DNA of 64,000 nucleotides from a virus (taxonomy: Duplodnaviria > Caudoviricetes), in the IMG/VR virus record IMGVR_UViG_3300028886_000003, positions 81,331 to 145,330 of that record; one strand, given 5' to 3'. Both the position numbers and the translations under genes were made by a program. A model generated the notes under the pieces. That model was not told the DNA's origin. It did no database searches and saw only the letters and a list, made by a program, of their open reading frames with translations. This document shows positions 47,283 to 57,061 of the stretch, piece by piece; positions within the stretch are counted from its first letter, which is position 1; each line of letters starts with the position of its first letter.

Positions 47283-48371
47283 ATGAGAGAAACTTTTTCA
47301 TTAAACTCCAAATTTTCTTTAAAGTATAAAGACAATGGCGATATACAATTAGAAGGTTTTGCGATTCATGGTGGAGAAAACTTTATAGTAAATGGTTTCT
47401 ATGAAGTACCTGAATCAGAAATGCGCAATTGTACTAAAACTTTAAAAGGTAAACGTTTATTTAAAGATCATGGCACAACAAGTGTTGATAACATAGTTGG
47501 ACTTGTAGATAATACAAGAACAACATTTGATGAAGCAGCAAATATGAAAGGTGTAAAATATAAAGCATCTTTAATGGTTGATGACTCACATTTAGGAGAG
47601 AAAATTGAAAGAGGACTTATTACAGACACATCAATTGGTTTTGATTTCACACCAATTTGTAGTATATGTGGAAAAGAATTTTTATCAGATGACTGTCCAC
47701 ACCACCCTCTTTTAGACCCCGATATGCATCTAATCTGTAAAGACATGCATTGTAATGAATTATCACTTGTAACTTTTGGAGCAGATCCAGGAGCGTCAGT
47801 ATCAAGTTCATTTGGCGGCGATGATGCAAATAAACTTAAAAATAAATTTGGAAAAATAAAGGATGATATTATGTCAGACGTACAAGATAATAATCTTCAA
47901 GCTGAAAACGTTGAATTAAAACAAAAGATTTCTGATTTAGAAGCACAATTAGCTTCACAAGAAGAAACCCACAAAACAGCTATTGAAGAATTAAAATTAG
48001 AAAATGATACAGAAATTGCAAAATTGCAACAAGATAAAGATACTCTTCAATCTTCTGTTGAAGAAATGCAAGCAGAATTATCTGAATACAGAGCTGCAGC
48101 ACAAAAACAACAAGAAGAAAGATTAGCAGAAAAACGTGAAGAGTTAAAACAATTAAAAATTGAATTAAAAGTTGAAAAGAATCTTGATGATGTTGATGAT
48201 ATGTCCGAAGACTTTATTGACAAGCAAATCGCTATTTTTAAAGAAATTCGTGACAATAGTGAACCTGCTAAACCACAAGAATTTACCGGATCACAACAAC
48301 AATATAACAAAGATGATAAAGACTCTGAAAAAAGTTATTCTGCATTATTTAAAGCTTTCAAAGGTGATTAG
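47283..48371 (+). CDS. prohead protease fused to coiled-coil scaffold
   Basis: LFKDH, DTSIGF..CSICG..CPH, ELSLVTFGADP; C-terminal coiled coil. Confidence 0.82.
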   Translation: MRETFSLNSKFSLKYKDNGDIQLEGFAIHGGENFIVNGFYEVPESEMRNCTKTLKGKRLFKDHGTTSVDNIVGLVDNTRTTFDEAANMKGVKYKASLMVDDSHLGEKIERGLITDTSIGFDFTPICSICGKEFLSDDCPHHPLLDPDMHLICKDMHCNELSLVTFGADPGASVSSSFGGDDANKLKNKFGKIKDDIMSDVQDNNLQAENVELKQKISDLEAQLASQEETHKTAIEELKLENDTEIAKLQQDKDTLQSSVEEMQAELSEYRAAAQKQQEERLAEKREELKQLKIELKVEKNLDDVDDMSEDFIDKQIAIFKEIRDNSEPAKPQEFTGSQQQYNKDDKDSEKSYSALFKAFKGD

Positions 48372-48914
48372 ATGAGCGATATAACAGGAGATTCAATTAC
48401 AATTCACGCAGCAGAAAAAATTGAAGATGCAATCGAACATGTAGGCTTTACTTCCTCACAACAACAAGTAGGAAAAGCTATTAAACTTGCATTAGACTCT
48501 ACAGAAACTGGTTTTAATGCTCGTGGAGCAAAAAAAGCAGATGATTCAACCACTAAAGTTGAATTTTTAGGTGTAGTTAAGGCTGTAACTTCAGAAGCAC
48601 AAGGTACATTTGCAAAAACAAAAATGTTAGGCAACCCAGTAACTGGAGCAAACCCAACAGAAGCACCTTATTATCTTGGAAATGTTACAGTATTAGCTGG
48701 ACAAGGATTAACAGTTGAAAGAAATTGTATTACATATGTATTAGCTGAAAAAGACGCAGGCATTAAATTTGGAGATCCAATTAAATGTGCTGACGATGGT
48801 AAATTTACCAAAGCTGACCCATCAACTGATCAAGACTCAATTGTTGGAAGATCATATAGTAATCAGGCAGATAATAGATACGATGTTATTAGAGTTAGCA
48901 TCCAAGCATACTAA
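48372..48914 (+). CDS. head decoration/cement protein
   Basis: Between protease and MCP; GIKFGDPI...DGK...IVGR pattern. Confidence 0.65.
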   Translation: MSDITGDSITIHAAEKIEDAIEHVGFTSSQQQVGKAIKLALDSTETGFNARGAKKADDSTTKVEFLGVVKAVTSEAQGTFAKTKMLGNPVTGANPTEAPYYLGNVTVLAGQGLTVERNCITYVLAEKDAGIKFGDPIKCADDGKFTKADPSTDQDSIVGRSYSNQADNRYDVIRVSIQAY

Positions 48915-48928
48915 GGAGAAAAGATAAT

Positions 48929-50266
48929 ATGGCAAGAGAAATAGCATATTTTGCAGGTGGAGGAGCTGTTGTAGCAGACAATAGGTTCGATCCAAAATTA
49001 ACAGAAGAAGTTACACAATACATTATCGAACATTCTGATTTTAGGCAATTTATTAAAACAGTAAAAGTAGATACCTATGCTGTTGTATTACCACGTAAAT
49101 GGGCAGCTGGTATTGCTGTAGAAATTACAGAAGGTGCTGAAATTCCTAAAGCAAGAGATGTCTATGATCAATTAAGTTTCAATTTACGTCAAATTGGTAC
49201 TGGTATCAAAATGACTGATGAAGAACAACAAATGATGGCTTTTGACCCAAATTACTTCCAAACAGAAGCTACAAGAGCTAATCAAAGATTATTAGACAAA
49301 GAAAATAACGATATCAGAGAAGTTATGATTACCGGAGCAGGATACAACGTTATGACTGCTGAATCAACACTAAAATTCGATGATGTTGTTGATGCAAAAA
49401 CTTTAATGAAAGAAAATCCATATAGTGTAGAACCTGATATGATTTTAATGTCTGAAAGAGTATATGCAGACTTATTAAAAGATGAAGATTTCAAAACATA
49501 TTATAAATCAGGTGTCGAAGGTGTAATCCAAGATGGTAAATTTGGAGAATATGTAGCAGGGTTAAAAATTAAAATTATACCTGAATTTGAAGATTTAGTA
49601 TTCATTATTGACAGTTCTAAAGAACCAATTATTCTCGTAACTATGAATGGTGTACATACTGAAAAATATAGGTTACCTGAAACTCGTGAAGATGTATTAG
49701 ATTTAACATACTGGGAAAAACCTGCAGTTGTTAGACCAGATGCAATCACTAAAATTATCACCCAAAGACCAGCTGGTGAAAAACACCCAAGAAAAGATTA
49801 TGGAACATTAAGATCTAGTAATCCAGTTGACAATGATGCAATTATGCAAGAAACCATTGTACAAAGAGGATGGGATCCTGTTGATGGTTATGACCCAGAT
49901 CATAATTATGCACCATATGATCCAAAAGATTCACCAAGATTAGGCCAAGAAGACGGAAGTGGTGCAACTCCAGGCCATGAGGACAATCCTGGAAATAATC
50001 AACAACAACAAAACCAAGCAACAACAAGAACAGTTACTGTAAAAGTATATAAAAAAGGAACTGAAGAAAAAATTGGCTCTGCTAATGTTATGATTGGCAC
50101 TATTTCTGGTCAAACAGGTATTAATGGAGGACTTGCAAGTTTATCTAATGTTCCTGATGGTGTACAAAGTATAACTGTTACAGCTACTGGTTATAAAGAA
50201 CATACAGAATCAATTGAAGTTAGTGCAAGCTCAACTTCATTTAACATATATCTAGATGAAGAATAA
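48929..50266 (+). CDS. major capsid protein (HK97 fold) with C-terminal Ig/PEGA-like extension
   Basis: EITEGAEIP, PD.ILMS...YADLLKD, AGLKI, PAVVRPDAI; C-terminal ~70-aa beta-sandwich (VPDG.QSITVTATGY). Confidence 0.85.
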   Translation: MAREIAYFAGGGAVVADNRFDPKLTEEVTQYIIEHSDFRQFIKTVKVDTYAVVLPRKWAAGIAVEITEGAEIPKARDVYDQLSFNLRQIGTGIKMTDEEQQMMAFDPNYFQTEATRANQRLLDKENNDIREVMITGAGYNVMTAESTLKFDDVVDAKTLMKENPYSVEPDMILMSERVYADLLKDEDFKTYYKSGVEGVIQDGKFGEYVAGLKIKIIPEFEDLVFIIDSSKEPIILVTMNGVHTEKYRLPETREDVLDLTYWEKPAVVRPDAITKIITQRPAGEKHPRKDYGTLRSSNPVDNDAIMQETIVQRGWDPVDGYDPDHNYAPYDPKDSPRLGQEDGSGATPGHEDNPGNNQQQQNQATTRTVTVKVYKKGTEEKIGSANVMIGTISGQTGINGGLASLSNVPDGVQSITVTATGYKEHTESIEVSASSTSFNIYLDEE

Positions 50267-50303
50267 TCTTCTTCTTTTTTATATTTTTTAACGAGGTAAT
50301 ATT

Positions 50304-50690
50304 ATGGCTAAAAAAGAAAAAACAGAAAAAAAGTATCCGGACGTAAAACTTACTTTCCATCCACAATTTAGCGCGGCAACACGTAAAACATTGTTTTTGA
50401 GAAGACTCACAACTGAATTAATTGGTAACAAAGTTGAAAAAACATATGAACCATTAATTGAAGGATTACCTGAAGTCTTAACAGTAGAAAAAGATGAAGT
50501 AATTACAGTTACCGCTGATCAATTCTTATCCTTATATAAATATGGATTTATTGACACACCAAACGATTTACGTGCAAAAAGAGAAGAATTCTACTCTATA
50601 GGCACACAATCAGGTGTAGACCCTAAAGAACACAGATCAGCAGAGTCATTATCTCATTTATATGAAGATAATTTAATTAGAATAGAATAA
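50304..50690 (+). CDS. hypothetical virion/assembly protein
   Basis: GAGGT RBS, located in the head-neck region. Confidence 0.6.
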   Translation: MAKKEKTEKKYPDVKLTFHPQFSAATRKTLFLRRLTTELIGNKVEKTYEPLIEGLPEVLTVEKDEVITVTADQFLSLYKYGFIDTPNDLRAKREEFYSIGTQSGVDPKEHRSAESLSHLYEDNLIRIE

Positions 50691-50692
50691 AA

Positions 50693-51505
50693 ATGATAAT
50701 CGATCTCTCCTATATTAAAACAATCTTGGAAGTAATTATTGAAGACTCAAAACTTCAATACTTACTTCATCATTATTTTGATGATATATGCACAAAAATT
50801 AATGTAAATACATCATTATCTGAACAAGAAATATCTGATATAGCATTAGCTACAACAGAAGATCAACCAATGTTTGGATATAATGAAACATCATTGTTCC
50901 AAGATACTATTATTTATGGGATTGCTTGTCATTTAGTTAATACTAATACCCCTGTTGTGGAAATACCACAAGTAATATATAATGATTATATATCAAAATT
51001 AGACTTATCTAATGTTTCTCAAGATGCTGATGGAAAGTATCAAATTACTTATTGTATGTTATACGATTATTGTATAACAGAATTGTCTAAATATCTTAAT
51101 GATGAATCACAAATTGGTTATTTAAGAAGATTATTAAATCTGGATCCTAATATTGTTGTGGATAAAGAAATTGATTTTTTAATTAACCATTACACAGATT
51201 ATATAAAAGAACTTATACCAAATGTTGATCCAGAATCATCATACTTTAAACAAGCAATATATATGTCAGTTGCTTGTCATATATACAGAACAAATCCTCA
51301 AGCAATTGTTAGTCCAACAGAATATACTGTAGATGAAACAAGTGAAGTATTTGATTTATCATTTGATAAATTTGGAAATACATGGTGTGATTTAGCAGAA
51401 CAAGCTATGGCTGATCTAAAAAAGAATACTTATAAAAATTTTGGTGTTAAAGTTTTTAATCGTCGTGGAGCTAGAACTAAATATAATGCATGGGGTCCAC
51501 AATGA
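50693..51505 (+). CDS. head-tail adaptor-like protein (internally duplicated)
   Basis: Position; two repeats L..HY.D.I...S.F...I...ACH. Confidence 0.55.
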   Translation: MIIDLSYIKTILEVIIEDSKLQYLLHHYFDDICTKINVNTSLSEQEISDIALATTEDQPMFGYNETSLFQDTIIYGIACHLVNTNTPVVEIPQVIYNDYISKLDLSNVSQDADGKYQITYCMLYDYCITELSKYLNDESQIGYLRRLLNLDPNIVVDKEIDFLINHYTDYIKELIPNVDPESSYFKQAIYMSVACHIYRTNPQAIVSPTEYTVDETSEVFDLSFDKFGNTWCDLAEQAMADLKKNTYKNFGVKVFNRRGARTKYNAWGPQ

Positions 51506-51960
51506 GCTTTCAAACTTTATACAGTAGAGTATTAAAAAGAAATGATCAACATTATTATTTACAAAAAAAAGAAAAATATACCGAAGAAGTACATCCCCAA
51601 GAAGTTCTTAAAGATGAAGTTGGAAATATAATAAAAAAAGATGCAGTAGGAAATATAAAAGAACAATGGATAACCCTACAAGAATTACAAGGAGTAGTTC
51701 AGCATCGCCAACGTGAAGATATTAGTGAGGCAGGGCAAGAATCAAAAACAAGATATGGTAGACAAGGATATTATGGATATTTTTCCCCAAATTTTCAATT
51801 AGAAACTAATAAATTGTCAAATTATAGAGTAAAATTTGTAAGAAAAAATGAAATAGTATATTTTCGTATAATGGAATATGATCCTAACAATTATCTTCGT
51901 GATAAAAATCATCACATTGTATTAGGATTAATAGAAGATAAAAAATATCATGATCGATAA
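51490..51960 (+). CDS. head closure/neck protein (putative)
   Basis: Position; W.....LQGVVQ pattern. Confidence 0.55.
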   Translation: MGSTMSFQTLYSRVLKRNDQHYYLQKKEKYTEEVHPQEVLKDEVGNIIKKDAVGNIKEQWITLQELQGVVQHRQREDISEAGQESKTRYGRQGYYGYFSPNFQLETNKLSNYRVKFVRKNEIVYFRIMEYDPNNYLRDKNHHIVLGLIEDKKYHDR

Positions 51961-52430
51961 TGACATTTGAATGTTCTTTAACAATAAGTGGAACAGACCC
52001 ACAAAAAAGTGCACAAGCTTTTATTGACTCATATAATGATACTTCAAAAATTAATCATTATCAAAAATATCAAAAAAGAATAGAGCAATATTTTTTAAAC
52101 AAAATTCAACAAAATATATCAAAAGTACAAATAAAAGATAAAACATTAAAAGATAGCTTTTTTGTTGATTTTCGTAACAATGAACTACATTTCATGAGTA
52201 CAAGAAAGAGTGCATTAAAATATGAATTTGGAAGTGGAAAAAATCCACCAAAAAGATACATACAGCCATCAATAATAGATACAGCTAACGAAATGTCTAA
52301 TATTATCATAGATGAAGCAATTGACACATACAATCGTTATATGAAAAATGGAAAAACTGTTTCTAATTTAACTCCTAATATGCCAATTCAAACAAATTAC
52401 TTAAATAAATATTCTAAAATAATAAAATGA
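51960..52430 (+). CDS. neck protein (HK97 gp10-like, putative)
   Basis: A.KYEFGS.K.PP.RYIQPS motif. Confidence 0.6.
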   Translation: MTFECSLTISGTDPQKSAQAFIDSYNDTSKINHYQKYQKRIEQYFLNKIQQNISKVQIKDKTLKDSFFVDFRNNELHFMSTRKSALKYEFGSGKNPPKRYIQPSIIDTANEMSNIIIDEAIDTYNRYMKNGKTVSNLTPNMPIQTNYLNKYSKIIK

Positions 52431-53197
52431 TAAATAGAAATTCAATAATATATGCAGTAAGAAGTATTATAGGTGAAGAAAAAACATCAGGATTTTTTAC
52501 ACCAGTGCGTAATCAAGGAGAAGTTATAGAAGTTCCTAATTTTTTATTTAAAGATGCGCCAGCTGAATATCCTGAGATAAGAATATCACCATTTATATCT
52601 GACGCAAAAGTTGTAACCGATCAACATATTTATTGTCAAAACAGTTTTAAAAAAATATACACATATAGGACAAAGTTCCAAGTTGATATATATGCAACAA
52701 CAATTCCATTAGTTAATAATATTTACGATGAAGTATATAGAAGAATTGATAAATTTCATGATTTTGACATGATTACTTATGGATATAATAAAAGCTTTGA
52801 GCAAATAGATGAAAATGTTTTTTACTCAAAAATATATAACTCACACAACTTTAATATTTTTAGAATACTTATTAATAACAATCTTATTATGCGAGTTGAT
52901 AATATCGACTCTCTTCATAATAATACTTATATAATTAACGAGGATGGTTTAACTATTCGAACAACACTACCAATCCAAAATATTAAAATACAACATAATA
53001 TTAACGGATTACAGTTCAAAGATGATACAACCCAATATCAAAACCAAATAATTAATACAACAATTTCTGATAAGAGAATGTTAAGTGAATTAGAAAAAAA
53101 TAGTGTTGAACGAATAACATTTGATTTAAATATCCTCTATCAAATAGTTGAAAAACGTTGTTTTGGACCTATTTTAGATGATATTTCAATAGAGTGA
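52427..53197 (+). CDS. tail terminator/completion protein (putative)
   Basis: YPEI.I...FQVDIYA pattern and position. Confidence 0.55.
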   Translation: MINRNSIIYAVRSIIGEEKTSGFFTPVRNQGEVIEVPNFLFKDAPAEYPEIRISPFISDAKVVTDQHIYCQNSFKKIYTYRTKFQVDIYATTIPLVNNIYDEVYRRIDKFHDFDMITYGYNKSFEQIDENVFYSKIYNSHNFNIFRILINNNLIMRVDNIDSLHNNTYIINEDGLTIRTTLPIQNIKIQHNINGLQFKDDTTQYQNQIINTTISDKRMLSELEKNSVERITFDLNILYQIVEKRCFGPILDDISIE

Positions 53198-53436
53198 TAA
53201 AAATGGCAGAAAAAAAAGATAGTAAAATAAAAAAAACCACTGCTACTAAAAAAGTAGTAAAAAAAGAACCTGTTAAACCAAAAGAGCAACAATTTTTTGC
53301 TAAAGATTTAGCTGCTAATATGGGTATCGACAGTTTTGACTTCTTACTAATTAAACGAGAAGCCAATATTGAAGATGATACAGGTATTACACAGTCCGAA
53401 ATGCAAAAATTATACAACAAAATAATTAGAAGGTAG
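53194..53436 (+). CDS. hypothetical protein
   Basis: Small ORF upstream of the sheath gene. Confidence 0.5.
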   Translation: MIKMAEKKDSKIKKTTATKKVVKKEPVKPKEQQFFAKDLAANMGIDSFDFLLIKREANIEDDTGITQSEMQKLYNKIIRR

Positions 53437-53442
53437 ATAAAT

Positions 53443-55662
53443 ATGGTACAAGGAACTCCATATGTCCATTGGAAAATAAAAGATGCTGTAGACTTTTCTG
53501 AAATCGACCCTGTATATCTTTGGGGTACAGTAATCGAATCTAATAAAGGTCCTATTAATACACCAGTCTTTTGTACCAATGCAGATCAAGTAAAAAAAAT
53601 ATTCAATTATGATTTAAGACCATTTTTTGCTAATGGTGGAAGAAGTGTAGTAATTGTAAGAGCATATGCAGGTAAGCCAGAAACAGCTAAGTTTAATTTT
53701 GAATTAGATCAAGCTTTTAAATATGTATATGTAGATTACGATTATTATGATGAAAATGATGATACAAGCATTAAAGCTAAAATACTAGTAATGAAAGATA
53801 CATTAGAAACAGAACGCCCAAAAGCATATGAAGTAAAATATAATCTATTACAAGAAGATACTGAGGCTTCTATTCCTAAGACAGTAGAGGAATGTAATGT
53901 AAGATTCTATCAAGGTAGATGGAGAATCTGTGATAAAAATGGTAATATTCAACATTATTATTGGAGCTCAGATTCACCTGCTGAGAAAAAAGTTGCTGTA
54001 GTTGATAAAGATGAAAATGGCGACCCTATAGCATATTACCCAGAAGGAACTACATTACCAGCACCAGCATCTGTTACACCAATTCTTGAACAAAATATAT
54101 TCATGCAATCTTTCAATGAAAGTGATGTAACAAAAATTACTATTGCAAAAATAGAAGAAATACAAGAAGGTTCATCCTTAGTACATCTTGAAACAGTATA
54201 TCCTGGAGATTATACTATTCCAGTTACAATTTCTAAACATATAAAACAAGGATATCGTATTTCTGTAAAAGAATCTGATGATTATACAATTTTATTATCA
54301 GGTGTAACTACATTAAGTAATATTACTAAAAGAATTAATGAAAGAGCAAGTAATGTAACCGCTAAAATTACAGATGATGGAAATAAAATTGAAAAAGTAT
54401 TTAATACAACTTTAATTCCTGTAAAAGATAGTGCTGGTGAAACTATTTTGCCAAATATTGATGAACCTAATGCTATCAATGAATATACAAAATATGTACA
54501 TCAATATGAAAGCCCTGTTGGAGCTATTTTTGCAAAAGTACCAAAAGACGCAGATGATCCTGAAGACTTTAATTTTGTTTTAGTAGAAACAGCAACATAT
54601 TTAGCTGATGGATCTAATGGTATTTGGAATAAAACTTTACATAGGATAGCAGACCCATCAAGTTTACAAAATCGTAAATTAATTGCTACAGCACACAAAG
54701 ATGCTTTAGATTTATTATCTAAAATTAAATTATCAGGTATCTTCTGTAACTATGGTGAAGATGAAGTACAAAGAGTATATGCTAATCATGTAAGTACAAC
54801 TGAACCTGAAGGAATGAATAGTGCAGAAGTATGTAAATGGAGAACATTAATTGTTGGAGCTAATGCATTTGACAGAACAAATGAAGTAGGAAATGAAATA
54901 GGATATAATTTGTTCGATAAAGCAATTTCATATGATAATGAAAATATTTTATTCTTAGGTCAAGGATTAATAGACACTGGTTACACACCTGAATCTACTT
55001 TAATGAAATCTGAAGATGGTAAATATGTTTCTTTATTAGCAGAAGATGAAGGTGCTTTACCTGGCCAATTATTACCTTTCCAATGTACTCAATATATTGC
55101 AGGATTAAGAAGTAAATTATTCTATGGTGATGCAATATTTGGTGGTGAATCTAAAAAAGAAATTAGAGGTATAGGTCAAACATCTATTGCACCATTATTT
55201 GCAGGTGAAAATAAAGTATTATGGCAACCAGGTAATTATACAAAATTAAATGAATATGGTGTTTTAACATTCACAGATGATTATAATGTACCTATTGCTT
55301 TAATGGATGGTGTAACAACTAGACAATCTCCATTAGAAGAAGATGAAGAAGGTGTTCAAAGTATTGTTAAATATGCTAAACATGCAATACATGAAGAATT
55401 GCAAACATTTATAGGTAGAAATTTAACAGGAGATTTACAAGTAATTATGGAAAACTCTGTTAGAAATATCTTAAATGGAATGCAAACACAAGACCAAACA
55501 TTACAAAGTATACCTGATGAAAATATTTTAGCATATGATGTAGAAATTGTTTTAGTACCTAAAACAAATGCTCAACAACTCTTAGCAAAAGCATATGTAT
55601 ATTTAAAATTAACACCAGTCCATGCTTTAAGACAAATTGAAGTAGAACTTACAGTCCAATAA
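53443..55662 (+). CDS. contractile tail sheath protein
   Basis: PYV, KGPINTPV, FFANGG..V.IVR, LADGSNG, C-terminal FIGR...VYLKLTPVHALRQIEVEL. Confidence 0.88.
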   Translation: MVQGTPYVHWKIKDAVDFSEIDPVYLWGTVIESNKGPINTPVFCTNADQVKKIFNYDLRPFFANGGRSVVIVRAYAGKPETAKFNFELDQAFKYVYVDYDYYDENDDTSIKAKILVMKDTLETERPKAYEVKYNLLQEDTEASIPKTVEECNVRFYQGRWRICDKNGNIQHYYWSSDSPAEKKVAVVDKDENGDPIAYYPEGTTLPAPASVTPILEQNIFMQSFNESDVTKITIAKIEEIQEGSSLVHLETVYPGDYTIPVTISKHIKQGYRISVKESDDYTILLSGVTTLSNITKRINERASNVTAKITDDGNKIEKVFNTTLIPVKDSAGETILPNIDEPNAINEYTKYVHQYESPVGAIFAKVPKDADDPEDFNFVLVETATYLADGSNGIWNKTLHRIADPSSLQNRKLIATAHKDALDLLSKIKLSGIFCNYGEDEVQRVYANHVSTTEPEGMNSAEVCKWRTLIVGANAFDRTNEVGNEIGYNLFDKAISYDNENILFLGQGLIDTGYTPESTLMKSEDGKYVSLLAEDEGALPGQLLPFQCTQYIAGLRSKLFYGDAIFGGESKKEIRGIGQTSIAPLFAGENKVLWQPGNYTKLNEYGVLTFTDDYNVPIALMDGVTTRQSPLEEDEEGVQSIVKYAKHAIHEELQTFIGRNLTGDLQVIMENSVRNILNGMQTQDQTLQSIPDENILAYDVEIVLVPKTNAQQLLAKAYVYLKLTPVHALRQIEVELTVQ

Positions 55663-55673
55663 GGTGATTTAAA

Positions 55674-56150
55674 ATGCCAAAAAGTAAAGTAAAAAATGCC
55701 GAAGATACAAATTTTTTCGAAACAGGATATATACACATCAATAAAAAAATCTTTGATGTAGAAGAAATCTCTATTAACCTTTCAAGAGATTTAAACCCAT
55801 ATCATGTTGCTTCTCAACGTGACCCAATCGATCAAAGACCAGGAAGAACTAAAATCGATTTCTCTTTTAAAAGAGCATTCGGTGATAAAGTATTCCTTAG
55901 CATATTCACACAAAATTGTACATTTTCAATGACATTAATGAACAATGATGCAGATGAAGCACAAAAAGTGGTTAGATTAACAGGATGCAGACTATCTCAA
56001 GATAATATTGGTCCAGTAAATGGTGGAGATATCGTATCTGAAGATATTCAAGGATCTGCATCAGGTATTGAATTCGATTGTGACAAAATTAAAAGCGCTT
56101 TAGCACAAGAATGTGAAGGATGTAAACCATATTCTTCAGCTTCTAACTAA
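55674..56150 (+). CDS. tail tube protein
   Basis: Follows the sheath gene; PGRTKIDFSFKR, VRLTGCRL. Confidence 0.75.
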   Translation: MPKSKVKNAEDTNFFETGYIHINKKIFDVEEISINLSRDLNPYHVASQRDPIDQRPGRTKIDFSFKRAFGDKVFLSIFTQNCTFSMTLMNNDADEAQKVVRLTGCRLSQDNIGPVNGGDIVSEDIQGSASGIEFDCDKIKSALAQECEGCKPYSSASN

Positions 56151-56248
56151 AGTTTCTTTTTTTCTCTTTTTTTTATTTTTTTTCTTCTTTTATATAGTAT
56201 AGAATTCTATTTTTAATCATAATATATATTATAAAAGAGGTTTATATT

Positions 56249-56809
56249 ATGGCAAAAGAACAAAAAGTTTTTGGTTCAAAAACAGATGAAGAAGAAAAAA
56301 AAGTTTTCGGTTCAAATGAATCTGAAGACGATGGTGTAATGGACGTAAACGCTACATCCGGTGAAGAATTATTAAAACAATTAACAGACAGATCTAAAAA
56401 AAGATCAAATGATCGTAAAAAAAAGAAAATAGAAGATTATAAAGTTCATAGAGCAACTAAAGAATCTTTATTCAAAAGATTAGAAGATACTGTCGATATT
56501 CCTATCATTGTGGGTCCAGATGATGTAGAAGTATTTACTATTAGAAGATTATCTGAATCTGAAAATTCAGAAATTATCAATAGAAGTTTAGCAATTAAAG
56601 ACCCATCAGAAATGACAGAGGAAGAACTTGAAGAATCAAACGCATACAATTATAGATTATTAGAAAAAATTGTAGTAGACCCATGCTTAACACAAGAAGA
56701 ATGGAGGTTACAAGTACCAACCGCAATTGTACAAGAAGTATTACAAAAAGGTATGAGAGTACTAACCAATATTGACGATTCTTCTGTGTTTGAAGAATTT
56801 CAAAAATAG
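56249..56809 (+). CDS. tail assembly chaperone
   Basis: Between tube and tape measure genes; FTIRRLS..E...VVDP.L. Confidence 0.7.
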   Translation: MAKEQKVFGSKTDEEEKKVFGSNESEDDGVMDVNATSGEELLKQLTDRSKKRSNDRKKKKIEDYKVHRATKESLFKRLEDTVDIPIIVGPDDVEVFTIRRLSESENSEIINRSLAIKDPSEMTEEELEESNAYNYRLLEKIVVDPCLTQEEWRLQVPTAIVQEVLQKGMRVLTNIDDSSVFEEFQK

Positions 56810-56990
56810 TATACAAGAATCAGGAGAATTACAATTAGATTTTCTATTATGTCAATTACTCCATAGAACACCAGCAGAAATACAAGAACTTGAAAGAAAT
56901 GGAATGTTAACATTTCGACAAAAATGTTTTTTACAAGCTGGAATACTATGGTCACTTGAAAAAGGACTTGGCGGATGTCCTTTTAGATAA
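56772..56990 (+). CDS. tail assembly chaperone extension (probably frameshift product)
   Basis: Overlaps the end of the chaperone in the +1 frame, no RBS/ATG at its start; LHRTPAEI pattern. Confidence 0.55.
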   Translation: MTILLCLKNFKNSIQESGELQLDFLLCQLLHRTPAEIQELERNGMLTFRQKCFLQAGILWSLEKGLGGCPFR

Positions 56991-57008
56991 TGGTCATTTC
57001 GCTATCTT

Positions 57009-57034
57009 AAGGGAGCAGTTGCTCCCTTTTTTTT
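57009..57034 (+). terminator. hairpin plus T-tract
   Basis: AAGGGAGC-AGTT-GCTCCCTT-TTTTTT. Confidence 0.55.
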
Positions 57035-57061
57035 TAAAACAACCCCATTTAGAGAGATAAT

